A DNA stretch of 64,000 bases, taken from the NCBI GenBank assembly GCA_951406725.2, contig OX597819.1, positions 121,024,001 to 121,088,000 on the forward strand, read 5' to 3'. The position numbers and the translations under genes were made by a program. This DNA comes from Octopus vulgaris. Lineage: Eukaryota. Position 1 is the stretch's first letter; every line of letters begins with the position of its first letter. The notes under the pieces are model-generated. The model saw only the letters and a list, made by a program, of their open reading frames with translations, searched no databases and had not been told where the DNA came from. Shown here piece by piece: positions 1 to 14,675 of this stretch.

Positions 1-535
1 CGGACAAAATGCCTCTAAGGGGTCAATGTAATTGAACAACTCACCTCTCAGAAATTGCTGGCCTTGTGTCAAAATTGGAAATCAGCCTGTTAGCACGCCG
101 GATAGAATGCTTAGTTGCATTTCGGCTGTTCTTACGTTCTGGGTTCATATTCCACCGAAGTCGACTTTATCCCTCATCTTTTCGGAGTTGAGAAAATAGG
201 TACCAGTTGAACACTGGTGGTGGTGGTGGTAAGGTGGTGAGGGGTCAATGTAATCAACTTAGACCATCCCCCGAAATTGCTGGCCTTGTGCTAAAATTTG
301 AAACCAATAATTTGATAAAATAAGATGGTAAGCTGGCAGAATCGTTAGCACGCCAGGCAGAATGATTAATGACATTTCGACAGTCTTTACGTTCTGAGTT
401 CAAATTCCACCGAGGTTAACTTTATATTTCAACCTTCCGGAATCGATAAAATAATTACCATTTGAGCATTTGGATCAATGTTATTGATTTATGCCTTCCA
501 TCGAACTTGCTGGCCTTGTGCAAAAATTTGAAGCC
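1..535 (+). mobile_element. Cluster of degenerate SINE family A copies
   Basis: Diverged matches to family A motifs (gctggcagaatcgttagcacgcc; gagttcaaattccaccgagg; ttgctggccttgtg). Confidence 0.75.
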
Positions 536-764
536 ACTATTTTCATAAACTTCACGGTCTATAACGTCAACACAGAACTGCCTCTTCAAGTGAATTCTGC
601 TCACCAAATGTTAATTCTAAACCGTAAAACAATGAATAGACATCAGTCCACTACATTCGAAGAAGCAAATTTTTTCTCACTTCCCTTATTGTATCTAGAT
701 TTTGTCCAACATAACAATGATGCCGAACCGGAATCTTAAGCTAAAATCACTTTGGAGCAATGAT

Positions 765-1001
765 TGTTTGCCAACATATCATGGTAGTCCTGGTTTAGGA
801 CGAATGTTGCTGTAATTTAGCCCCAGGAGACATCGTCTCCAGCTAGCTGTACGACACGATCTGTGTCCTTATATTTTCGAACAAGAGAATTTAGCACCCC
901 AACTCAGCTCAAAGCAATATCTGTGTATTGGAAATCGTGATGGGGCTAAATTATAGCAACATTCTTCCTAAACCAGGACTGCCATGTTATGTTGGCAAAC
1001 A
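765..1001. repeat. Palindromic insertion, ~60-bp arms (765-825 / 941-1001), PLE-related
   Basis: tgtttgccaacat...atttagcccca is reverse-complemented at 941-1001. The spacer (gacacgatctgtgtccttatattttcgaacaag) resembles the 361-bp unit near 5320-5357. Confidence 0.85.
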
Positions 1002-1070
1002 GTCTTTACTACAAAGTACTGTTGCTGAATATCTCCCGTTGTGAGATTTAAAAACAGTAATTTTCTAAAA

Positions 1071-1329
1071 GTGGAGGCGCGTGGCTTAGTGGCTAGGGTG
1101 TCAGCATCGAGATCGTAAGATTGTGGTTTCGATTCCTGGACCGGGCGACGCGTTGTGTTCTTGAGCAAAACACTTCATTTCACTTCGCTCCAGTCCACCC
1201 AGCTGGCAAAAATGAGTAACGCTGCGATGGACTGGCGTCCCGTCCAGTTGGGGAACACTTCCCCACTGAAACCGGGAAACCGGGTCCATGAGCCTGGCTA
1301 GGCTTTAAAAGGACGCATTTATTCATTTC
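1071..1329 (+). mobile_element. tRNA-derived SINE (CORE-like plus V/Meta-like domain) with 12-bp TSD
   Basis: A box tggcttagtgg, B box gtttcgattcc, CORE-like tgtgttcttgagcaaaacactt, and ctgcgatggactggcgtcccgtccag. TSD aattttctaaaa at 1059-1070 and 1330-1341. Confidence 0.9.
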
Positions 1330-2049
1330 AATTTTCTAAAAACACTTTATATTTCGTTTTTGCATTCGGTTTGCTATGTACTTAATGAGAACATCTGTGT
1401 TGAGGCATATTTTTCTGTATCTCGAGAGTGTCCTTGTACTAATAATAAATATACTCACTGGTTGTACTACTTATATTACTATTAGTCAATTTGCTTACAT
1501 TTACTAATTAACTAATCGATTGTTTCAATAATTGTTCAGTCTACTGATCAACCTTTTACGTTTGTCAAAATCATTTCGTCGCCTTCTGCGATCTGATCAA
1601 TGACCTACCATCTCGACACCAGGTCGGTTTGTCTCTTCCCTAGTTTAAAAGTTTGCTTGGCTCTTGTTTATTTAAAGACTCAATTATGCTGTTCTGACTA
1701 TAACAATATATTCTATTTGTCACCTTTTAGATCTGTTAAAGCTATTCATCTAGTAAACAATGTAACTTTACCTAGTTGTACATCTTGTTTGGTTTTCATG
1801 GGTTCGTATTCTTGTACCGTATATTTCTTTGGTATATACATATATTGACACAAACGTTATGCCACGCTCAATTTTCTTGTTTGCTGCAAGGAGGAGGCTC
1901 TTATTTTCAAGACTAAGACAGAAAAAATATGTATTCTTTCTCAAATGGTTTGTCAATCAATATAACGTTGACTGTTATTCTTCTCTTTATAATCATCCTT
2001 TGACGGTCTTTGTGAGGGTGCTGCTGTAGCTCGACTTCAGATGTAGGAC

Positions 2050-2375
2050 GGCACTCCGTCGGTTACGACGACGCCCTATTCCAGTTTATCCGATCAACGG
2101 AATAGCCTGCTCGATAAATTAACGTGCAAGTGGCTGAGCATTCCACACACGACACACGAACCCTTAACATGATTCTCACGGAAATTCAGCGTAACATTGA
2201 GTATGGCATGGTTGCTTCCTTCAAATACAAATACTACTTATTTTTGCCAGCTGAGCGAAATGGAGCAAAGTGAAAAATGAAGTGTCTTACTTAAGGACAC
2301 AACACGCTACCAGGATTCATATCTACGACATTACAATCGTGGGTCGAACACCGTAACCACTAACCAACTCACTCT
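2050..2375 (-). mobile_element. tRNA-derived CORE-type SINE
   Basis: Minus strand has a tRNA-like head (ggttagtggttacggtgttcgac), gtgtccttaagtaagacactt, and tail tcgtcgtaaccgacggagtgcc. Confidence 0.75.
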
Positions 2376-2924
2376 CATAAAAACTGATCGGGGGCCACAC
2401 CCCGATATGTAAGCTACGAACTTTCACACAAAAGCACTAGGTTGTAGCGGGCTGGATGTATATTGAGTATTATACGGCAGGATATTAATGAAAAATGAAC
2501 TCATCCAGCTTGATAACCCTTGCTGTGCATTAATTTCTGTTAACGTAGACAACTCATACAATCTACACCACTATTTTTTATTGTGCATTAAGTTTAAATG
2601 TGATAGAATTGGTTCATAGCCATAGAAGAAAAAACGAAAACCGAATGGAAACGAATAATTATAAGTAGAATATCAAAGAGATTTAGAAAAGTGTCAGGAT
2701 TTCGCAAAGTGAAGTGATTTGATATTGCAGGAAATTACAATATAATGATTTAGATGAGCTAAATATAGACGGAAAATATTGGTAAATATATCATGGTTAT
2801 AATTCAAATAGCTTATTTTAGTGTTGAAATCACTAGCAGACTACTATCCAATTAATATGGTGTAAATGTTTTTTACAGAAATGCAAGACTGGAAGATATC
2901 ATACATCGCAATATACTCATATTT

Positions 2925-3336
2925 AAGGCGGCGAGCTGGCAGAAACGTTAGCACGCAGGGTTAAATGCGTAGCCGTATTTCGTCTGCCGTTACGTTTTGA
3001 GTTCAAATTCCGCCGAGGTCGACTTTGCCTTTCATCCTTTCGGGGTCGATAAATTAAGTACCAGTTACGCACTGGGTCGATGTAATCGACTTAATCCTTT
3101 TGTCAGTCCTTGTTTGTACCCTCTGTGTTTAGCCTCTTGTGGGTAGTAAAGAAATCGGTATTTCGTCTGTCTTTACGTTCTGAGTTCAAATTCCGCCGAG
3201 GTCGACATTTCCTTTCATCCTTTCGGGGTCGATTAAATAAGTACCAGTTACGCATTGGGTTCGATGTAATGAACTTAATCCCTTTGTATGTCCTTGTTTG
3301 TTCCCTCTATGTTCAACCTTTTGAGGGCAATAAAGA
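2925..3336 (+). mobile_element. SINE family A, dimeric body
   Basis: aaggcggcgagctggcagaaacgttagc head, B-box-like gagttcaaattcc, and Nin/Deu-like gtcgactttgcctttcatcctttcggggtcgataaattaagtaccag, with the body repeated twice. Confidence 0.9.
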
Positions 3337-3483
3337 TATATATATATATATATTCATGTGTGTGTGCATGTGTGTGTGTGTATGTGTGTGTGTGTGTGTG
3401 TGTGTATCGTGACGGAGTTATTATAATGTATACATAAAACAAAAAAGGTAGTAGGTGTATACGCTAGGAAGGGCTGTTATATA

Positions 3484-3653
3484 GGCGTAGGAGTGGCAGT
3501 GTTAAGTAGCTTACTTACAAACCACATGGTTCCAGATTCAGTCCCATTGCGTGGCACCTTGGGTAAGTGTCTTCTACTATTGCCTTGGGCCGACCAAAAC
3601 CTTGTGAGTGGATTTGGTAGACGGAAACTGAAAGAACCCCGTCGTATATATGT

Positions 3654-3722
<69 letters not shown>

Positions 3723-4024
3723 TGTGTGTGTGTTTGTCCCCCCAACATTCCCGTAACCAAAACCTTGTGAATGGATTTGGTAGACGGAAACTGAAAGAAC
3801 CCCGTCGTATATATGTATATATATGTATATGCATATATATATATATATATATATATATAATCATGTGTGTTCGTCCCACCAACATCCCCGTAACTTAGCG
3901 GTTCGGCAAAAGAGACTGATAGAATAAGTACTAGGCTTCCAAAGAATAAGTTCTGGGGTCGATTTGCTCGACTAAAGGCGGTGCTCCAGCATGGCCACAG
4001 TCAAATGACTGAAACAAGTAAAAG
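3484..4024 (+). mobile_element. SINE family B (CORE-like, internal microsatellite) with internal duplication
   Basis: ggcgtaggagtggc head, caccttgggtaagtgtctt, and tail ggcggtgctccagcatggccacagtcaaatgactgaaac. The ccaaaaccttgtga...(TA)n module occurs twice. Confidence 0.9.
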
Positions 4025-4392
4025 GGTAGGTGTGAAAGGTACATATATCAATATAATCCCTTGACATACTTAGGGTTACAGCCGTTTCGAAGCCGTCATG
4101 TATTATTAATTGCCATGTGGAAGAGATTATACTTACATGCATAGAAATGCACACATCTGATATTTTGGCTCCTATGTACTCCACATGAAATGTTTGCATC
4201 GATCGTATTCTCTGGTTTTCAGCAGCATCAACACTGTACATTACACTTCTCTGTATTGCATTACTATGTGAGCTGTTAGCCGAATCCGTGCGAGGGGCTT
4301 AGTGTGATAGCTGCACGATTCTCTGAAATCATATCTTATACTACGTATGCGTATATGTGCGTCTGGGTGTACAGATTATACAAAATACAGAA

Positions 4393-4440
<48 letters not shown>

Positions 4441-4445
<5 letters not shown>

Positions 4446-4830
4446 ATGGGACAAGAACCAAAACATCCAGACAGATAGGTGAAACAAAAAAAGGGAAAAC
4501 AAAATCTCCAGACAGAATATACGAGGAAAACAAGGACGGATCATTCGGAGTTTTTTTTCCTCAGTCGAGTTCCAGATTAACTTTGCAACATCGGCTGGTT
4601 ATGCTCGAAATTGCTTCAATCTGGCCAGCCCCAAGAAAAAATAAACTAAGAGCAATACATTCTTTGGAAGAAAGGCAACGAATGTACACGAAAACAAGGA
4701 CGGAAAAAACAGAGAAAGTTACACAAATACAAATAAGAGGACATAACAACAGGTGTATTTCGACTAAGGACGAATGAAATTAAGCCGGCATGTGTGGAGG
4801 TAAAGCCTTATAGCTGGGACACGTTCCTGC
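4441..4830. repeat. Dispersed (TA)n-adjacent repeat, second copy at ~54545-54725
   Basis: catccagacagatag...aaacaaggacggatcattcggag...ggctggttatgctcga...atctggccagcccc matches 54550-54720. Confidence 0.6.
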
Positions 4831-4845
4831 CGTACGGCTTTACTT

Positions 4846-5170
4846 TCATGCACGCTGGATAAATTCAGGTGTTCCGATGATTACAAAGCGTTTACAATGC
4901 ATTTTATGGTATGATACTGGTGATATGTTTCCATCCTCGGTCTCTAGCTTCTTACAAACATTGTAGGCAAAACATCTGACAAATTTTAAAAAGCGAGATA
5001 TATCTACATAACTATTTTCAGCCTTTGTAACCACAATACAGCATGCCTCTCCATTTCTTGATTAAGGTGAGGGTCTGCCAGTAATATTTTTTGAAACAAA
5101 GATGATACAGAGTTAGCGAAAAATGCAGCAATTACGCACAACAGGTATGTTCTCAATTACCTTACGCTTC

Positions 5171-5174
<4 letters not shown>
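4846..5174 (-). mobile_element. 5' fragment of Tc1/mariner (probable DD37D/maT-like) transposon
   Basis: Minus-strand peptide QEMERHAV..VTKAENSYVDISRFLKFVRCFAYNVCKKLETEDGNISPVSYHKMHCKRFVIIGTPEFIQ resembles an HTH-bearing transposase N-terminus. It starts TA|cagg at a (TA)n tract. Confidence 0.65.
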
Positions 5175-5222
<48 letters not shown>

Positions 5223-5389
5223 TAATTGTTATCGCCATATTAATATGGCATTCTTATAGATATAAGAATAATCGCTGCCGCTGGTCAGCTCCATGAGGCC
5301 ACCGCCTTAAGATAGCTATTGATACACGATCTGTATCCATTATAACTTTCGAACAAGGGAGGTCAGCCGCTTCACACTGATGTCCGACA

Positions 5390-5431
5390 GCTACAGACGC
5401 GTTTCGGGGTATTGCCCCTTGTCAATGTAGC
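5390..5431 (-). ncRNA. Minimal type-I hammerhead ribozyme (U3-A8 variant)
   Basis: Reverse complement of the motif at 5842-5883. Confidence 0.8.
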
Positions 5432-5841
5432 GCAGTCACCCCGCAGGTGTCGCCACTGACGTCTCTGTTCGAAGGCTTCTATTTACCTAGTTTCAGTGGA
5501 ATACATCCACTTGTTTACAATAATAGAAATATTAAAATTACTAAGTCTCTATAAAAGAGATTACGGCAGCGTTTACTGGAAATTAGTTGTTATCGCCATA
5601 TTAATATGGCATTCTTATAGATATAAGTATAATCGCTGCCGCTGGTCAGCTCCATGAGGCCACCGCCTTAAGATAGCTATTGATACACGATCTGTAACCA
5701 TTATAACCTTCGTAGGTTATAGAGACTTAGTAATTTTAATATTTCTATTATTGTAAACAAGTGGATGTATTCCACTGAAACTAGGTAAATAGAAGCCTTC
5801 GAACAGAGACGTCAGTGGCGACACCTGCGGGGTCTGACTGC

Positions 5842-5883
5842 GCTACATTGACAAGGGGCAATACCCCGAAACGCGTCTGTAGC
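5842..5883 (+). ncRNA. Minimal type-I hammerhead ribozyme (U3-A8 variant)
   Basis: GCUACA-UUGACAA-GGGG caata CCCC-GAAAC gc GUC-UGUAGC: 6-bp stem I, 4-bp stem II, palindromic mini stem III, GUC cleavage triplet. Confidence 0.8.
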
Positions 5884-6126
5884 TGTCGGACTGGCAGTGT
5901 GAAGCGGCTGACCTCCCTTGTTCGAAGGTTATAATGGATACAGATCGTGTATCAATAGCTATCTTAAGGCGGTGGCCTCATGGAGCTGACCAGCGGCAGC
6001 GATTATTCTTATATCTATAAGAATGCCATATTAATATGGCGATAACAATTAATTTCCAGTAAACGCTGCCGTAATCTCTTTTATAGAGACTTAGTAATTT
6101 TAATATTTCTAATATATATATATATA

Positions 6127-6331
6127 GGGAGAGTTTACGAAAAAAAAAGAAGAAAAGACGAAGACAGGTGGTGTACAAAACAAACAGATGTATTAATATA
6201 ACGCTCAGGAATTTAAGAAGTCTTTTACGTTTCGTGCCTACGCTCTTCTACAGAAAGGGATACAGAAAAAAACAAGGAGAGAAACAAGGAGAGAGAAAAA
6301 TGTGTGGAGTGGCTAACGATCTATCATGGCG
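6127..6331 (-). mobile_element. Short (TA)n-embedded element family F with HHR-like motif
   Basis: Closely matches 38331-38517 (opposite strand) and 55917-56105. All three are flanked by (TA)n. Confidence 0.8.
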
Positions 6332-6529
6332 ACATATATATATATATATATATATATATAAGTACACACGCACGCATATAGAAACACACACACACACGCA
6401 CATATATAGGTACACGTGACTGCGACTGTCACACATTTGTGTTGGATGAAATGTTTGCGAATGTCTTACAGCAGACTTGTAATCTTTTGAGACGTTTCTC
6501 TTCGAATGGTCTTCTTAGATGAAGCTAAT

Positions 6530-9330
<2,801 letters not shown>

Positions 9331-9562
9331 AGACTAAGAGTATCGCTCAGAAACTTAACTGCGGAGCATATGCTAGTTCCGTACTTTGCCAAACCAACTT
9401 GGGAGGTTCAAATTACTGTCACCGACGCTTATTGTTCACGAAAGCCAAGGAAGTCATACGTGTATAGTATGATTTGAATGTTCACTTAAATCCTACAGAT
9501 CATCACAGTATTCTTCTTCATTATTCCTGTTTGCCTCGGATTATATAAAGAAATTTCAATAT

Positions 9563-9869
9563 CTGCAACAGCTTGGGTTTCAGTGGACCACAGCTCTTCA
9601 ATATCCTTCCTAAATGCCTGACAGATCTGCATGGTGTGGATGTGGGCCTCTTTAAAACTAAACTGGATCTCTTCTTGTTAGGGGTTCCAGATGAACCTAC
9701 CTCTCGGCAGGAAACACAGATGCGGGCAGCGGCGTCGAACTCCCTTGTTGATCAAGTGCCGCGTATCAGAGGTGGTTTCACATACTGGTGTAGCTCATTC
9801 AACGGTGGTGCCCCAGCATGGCCGCAGTCTTCGGGCTGAAACATTTTTAAGGATTAAGGATTAAGGATC
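9563..9869 (+). mobile_element. 3' end of CR1-group LINE with (TAAGGAT)n tail
   Basis: GPQLFNILPKCL..LFKTKLDLFL..VPDEP..RAAASNSL is typical of a CR1/L2-group ORF2 C-terminus. Followed by a 3' stem-loop and taaggat repeats. Confidence 0.75.
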
Positions 9870-10074
9870 ATTATTTCGTATCTTTGATGTAAATTTAATA
9901 ACTGTATATTTTTTCATAATGCAACTGCGGTATTATGGACTTTATCTGGATTCAACTTTGTGCACTTGGATTTACACTGGGAATAAAAAAATTGCTTCCA
10001 CGGCACAAAGTAATTTTTTGAACAGAATGCAATCAACAAGGAATATGAAATTTCTTGTCATGTAAAGAAAAATA

Positions 10075-10303
10075 TTGGTTCAAAAGTTTGGCACAAGGCC
10101 AGTAGTTTTCGGGATTGTGGTGGGGGTCTAAGGTGATTACTTCGATCCTTGTGCAGAATTGATATTTATGATATCGATTGCGAAAAGCTGAAATGCAAAG
10201 TTTACTTCGGCGGAAGTTGAACTCACGATGGTGTAGACAAACGAAATATGGCTACGGGTTTTGCCCGACGGGCTAACGATTCTGCCAGGTAGCCCCCTCC
10301 GCC
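10075..10303 (-). mobile_element. Degenerate SINE family A
   Basis: ggcacaaggccag...cggcggaagttgaactc...gctaacgattctgccag. Confidence 0.7.
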
Positions 10304-10324
10304 TTAATGATAATCAACCGTACT

Positions 10325-10845
10325 TGTGTGATTGTGTGTGTATATGTGTGATTGTGTGTGTATGAAAGATTGTGTGTGTATGTACGATTTTGTGTGTATG
10401 TGTGGTTGTGTGTGTGTGTGATATGTGTGTATGTGTGATTGTGTGTGTATGTACGATTGTGTGTGTATGTGTGATTGTGTGTGTAAGTGTGATATGTTTG
10501 TATGTGTGATTGTGTGTGTATGTACGGTTGCGTGTGTATGCGTGATTGTGTGTATGTGTGATATGTTTGTATGTGTGATTGAGTGTGTATGTATGATTTT
10601 GTGTGTGATTGTGTGTATATGTGTGATATGTTTGTATGTGTGATTGAGTGTGTATGCGTGATTTTGTGTGTTGTATAATTGTGTGTGTGTGTATGTGTGA
10701 TTGTGTGTGTATGTGTGTGTATGTGTGATTGTGTGTATGTGTGATTGCGTGTGTATGTGTGATTGTGTGTGTATGTGTGATTGTGTGTGTGTATGTGTAA
10801 TTGTGTGTGAATATGTGATATATTTATATGTGTGATTGTGTGTGT
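10325..10845. repeat. Degenerate ~16-18 bp minisatellite (gtgtgtgtatgtgtgatt)n
   Basis: Recurrent gtgtgattgtgtgtgtat units. Confidence 0.85.
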
Positions 10846-10888
10846 CTTCTAGGATCTCGGGCATCCTCCATCCATATATAAATATATA

Positions 10889-10986
<98 letters not shown>

Positions 10987-11327
10987 ATTGTCCCTCCCGT
11001 CGGTTTCGACGTATGAGTAGTTGAAGGAGAGGACTTAACAACTCGCCTTCAAGCTTTCCCCACAATGAATTTCTTTCAAGTAGTTCGGGCTTTTGTCACC
11101 CGTCACACTCTCCCTCTCTCTCTGTCCAGATAGCCTAGATTCTGGTACAGCTGATGCAACTCGGGGAAAAGGCCAGCTAAATGCAGTGTCTACACTTACA
11201 GGTTGTCACCAGGTGACTATGGAGTTCTATATACCCCAGATTTTTAAATCAGAGTATTCCTTCATACATACATATACACTCGCACACCCACACGCACACC
11301 CACACGCACACACACTCACTCACACAG

Positions 11328-12181
11328 TATTAATTAACAGCAGGAGATGAATTTCGTATTAGACTTTTATTAGACACAGCATGCGTTTCGACCCATCAGT
11401 CTGGGTCTCTTCAGGTACATTGATAAAGATGTCTCACTAGAGATTTCTCGTGTCGTCGGGTTTGTTGTTATATGCGGTTCTTCTTTAGCATATGATGCTT
11501 TAACTGATAGGCACTAATCCGAGTTGTGCATGTCAAGTTTGCATCATTTAGGTTTAGATAGCAGTATGTGAGGGTGTGTTTAGCTGTATGCAGTCACCTG
11601 GGTAATTGTTCCATACATTTACCGCGTATAACATCATATAACATCAAACCGCATATAACATCAAACCCGACGATGAATATGATGACGACGTTGATGATGA
11701 TGGTGATGGCGTCAACGAGGATGGTAACGATGGCGATAGTGATGAAATCGACGGACGATGGTCAGGTTGGGGGTAACGACGACAGCGACGATAGTGATGA
11801 CAACGACGAAGATTAGGATAAGGATGATCTCAGTGACCACGACTAGGACGAGAGCCATGGCGAGCAGCGTGATATTTATCCAAAGTGACGATGATAATGT
11901 CGAGGATAATTGAAAAGAGCAAAATTAGAGGTAGGGGGTTATGGTATTCGTTAAGGCGATTGTGATGGTGATGTTGCTGCTGCTGATTAGAATGACGATA
12001 TAGAAAAAACGGGTTTAACGATGAGGATGATGATCCGCATATAACATCAAACCCGACGAGACGAGAAATCTCTAGTGGGACATCTTTATCAAGGTACCTG
12101 AAGAGACCCAGACTTATGGGTCGATATGCATGCGGTATCTAATAAAAGTCTAATACGAAATCCATCTCCTGCTGTTAATTA
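11328..12181. mobile_element. PLE-type palindromic element family G (arms ~11328-11478 / 12035-12181) with degenerate HHR motifs
   Basis: Arms are reverse complements. Each carries gtac-CTGAAGA-gaccca..tgggtc-GA(A/T)A. Same family as 55481-55739. Confidence 0.8.
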
Positions 12182-12184
12182 TGC

Positions 12185-12483
12185 GAAACATTTTTAAGGA
12201 GTAAGGATTAAGGATCCTTATTTCATATCTTTGATGTAAATTTAATAACTGTATATTTTTCATAATGCAACTGCGGTTTTCTGGACTTTATCTGGATTTA
12301 ACTTTGTGTACTTGAATTTACACTGGGAATAAAAAAAATTGCTTCGACGGCACAAAGTAATTTATTATACAGAATACAATCAACAAAGAATATGAAATTT
12401 CTTGTCATGTAAAGAATAATATTGGTTCAAAAGTTTGGCACAAGGCCAGTAGTTTTCGGGGGTCTAAGGTGATTACTTCGATC
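12185..12483 (+). repeat. Local direct duplication of 9838-10146
   Basis: gaaacatttttaagga...ggtgattacttcgatc is present at both sites with scattered substitutions. Confidence 0.9.
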
Positions 12484-12685
12484 TGGTTGATAAGAGACTG
12501 CAAGTGAAACCCTTCCATGGCTCAGTCCTCACTGCCCCCACTACATCCGACTTGTGAAATGCTCGTGACCCTGCCGACGAAGTGAAAGGGTTTCTAACAT
12601 TGCAATATATTTGAAGAGGTTGCAATAGCTCTGAGTAGCTCCTGCAGAGGGAGTATAATCATTTTTGATATTTATTCTACCTATT

Positions 12686-13045
12686 TAATGCATTCGATCT
12701 TTGGTGTTGGAGAAGACTATTGCGGATTCCATGGACAGCGAGGCTCACCAATGGAGAAGTTCTTAAGCAGATAAGGCCGAAAATGTCGCTAGAAGCTGGG
12801 ATCACCAAGCGTAGATTGGCATATTTCGGTCATAGTATGCGGAGAGAATCCCTGGAGAAGGACATCATGCTCAGAATGGTCAGTGGCAAGGGAGGAAGAG
12901 ACCGATCAAGAACCCGCTGGCTTGACACCATCAGGAGTGATACCGGAATGGACATGGCCAATCTGAAGGAAGCGGCCCAGGATAGAACTGACTGGAGGAC
13001 ACTGATCCAACGAGTGACCGAGAGTTGACTTCGACTGAGCGGATA
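12686..13045 (+). mobile_element. 3' end of RTE (BovB-like) LINE
   Basis: AFDLWCWRRLLRIPWTARLTNGEVL...RRLAYFGHSMRRESLEKDIML...RTRWLDTI...W is the classic RTE C-terminus. Confidence 0.9.
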
Positions 13046-13055
13046 GAGAGAGAGA

Positions 13056-13260
13056 TTTCTTTATTGCCCACCAGGGGCTAAACATAGAGGGGACAAATAA
13101 GGACAGACAAACGGATTAAGTCGATTATATCGACCCCAGTGCATAAATAGTGCTTGTTTAAGTCGACCTCGGCGGAATTTGAACTCAGAACGTAACGACA
13201 GACGAAATACGGCTACGCATTTCGCCCGGCGTGCTAACGTTTCTGCCAGCTCGCCGCCTT
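13056..13260 (-). mobile_element. SINE family A (internally deleted)
   Basis: Ends gctaacgtttctgccagctcgccgcctt. Confidence 0.85.
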
Positions 13261-13739
13261 AATATTTTCATATTTATTCTACCTGTTTATGTCACGCACA
13301 CACACACACATACACGAGCGCGTGCACGCACACATACATTATATGCGTGTGTATGTGTATTTATATATGCATCTGAGCTTGTATGTTCCACTTGTTTACG
13401 GACGACGAAGCGAAAAACTGTTTGCATTGCGTTGTCATTCTTGCTGTCCGAAACCCGGTGAAGCAGCGATAGATTATTGGAAACATCTATCAGCTGACGC
13501 CATTGTTTAAAGAAAAAAAAGCTAAGAAATACAATATATAAATATATATATATATGTGGATATATATACACGAAGTCATTGTGACAGAGTTATCGCGATC
13601 TAATTGTAATCGATACAGTAATGGCCGTATGTTTGATCTTGTAGCTAGATTCGTGATCTCTTCAGTAGATATCTTCCCGTATCATCTGCGTCATCAGTGG
13701 TTATCATTGCTATCCACACCCTACTGTATTTTTCATTGG

Positions 13740-14089
13740 TCTCGTCCTCGTCCTCCTCTCTACCTTATCTTCGTCGTCATCATCGTCGTCGTCGCCGTCG
13801 TCTTCGTCTTCTTCATCGTCATCGTCATCGTCATCGACATCATCATCACTACCACACCACCATCACCACCGCCACGGGTGCCGCAGCTGCCGCAGCTGCC
13901 GCAGCTGCCGCAGCTGCCGCAGCTGCCGCCAGCAGCAACATCAATACCACCACCTCCATCATTATCATCATCATCATCATCAATATCATCATCATCATCA
14001 TCACTACCACAAGAACCACCACTACCACCATCGCCACCACCGCCGTCGTCGTCGTTGCCGCCGCCGCTGCCACAACCGCCACTCCTGCC

Positions 14090-14135
<46 letters not shown>

Positions 14136-14616
14136 CCATCACCACCACCACTACCATCATCATCATCATCATCATCATCACCACCATCATCATCATCATC
14201 ATCATCATCATCACCATCACCATCATCATCGTTAAACCCGTTTTTATCTTCATCGTCCTTCTAATCATCAGCAGCAACATCACCATCACCATCGCCTTAA
14301 CGAACACCATAACCCCCCCCTACATCTAATTTTTGCTCTTTTCAATTATCCTCGACATTATCATCGTCCCTTTTGATCATTATTACCACGGCGCTCCTCC
14401 TCGTCGTGGTCACTGAGATCATCCTTATCCTAATCTTCGTCGTTGTCGTCGTCATCCTCAACCTGACCATCGTCCGCCGACTTCGTCACCACCGCCATCG
14501 TCGTCATCCTCGTTGCCGCCATCACCATCATCATCATCGTCGTCGTCCTCATCTTCATTGCCATCATCCTCGTCATCATGATCACTACCACCACCACCAC
14601 TAGTACTACAGCTGCA

Positions 14617-14675
<59 letters not shown>

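Larger units (their letters stand above)
5218..6110. mobile_element. Penelope-like pLTR / retrozyme-like element: 361-bp unit, ~1.4 copies on minus plus ~1.1 copies on plus, in (TA)n
   Basis: 5221 repeats at 5582 (period 361). 5718-6110 is the reverse complement of the unit. Hairpin junction tataacct-tcgt-aggttata. One HHR per unit. Confidence 0.85.
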
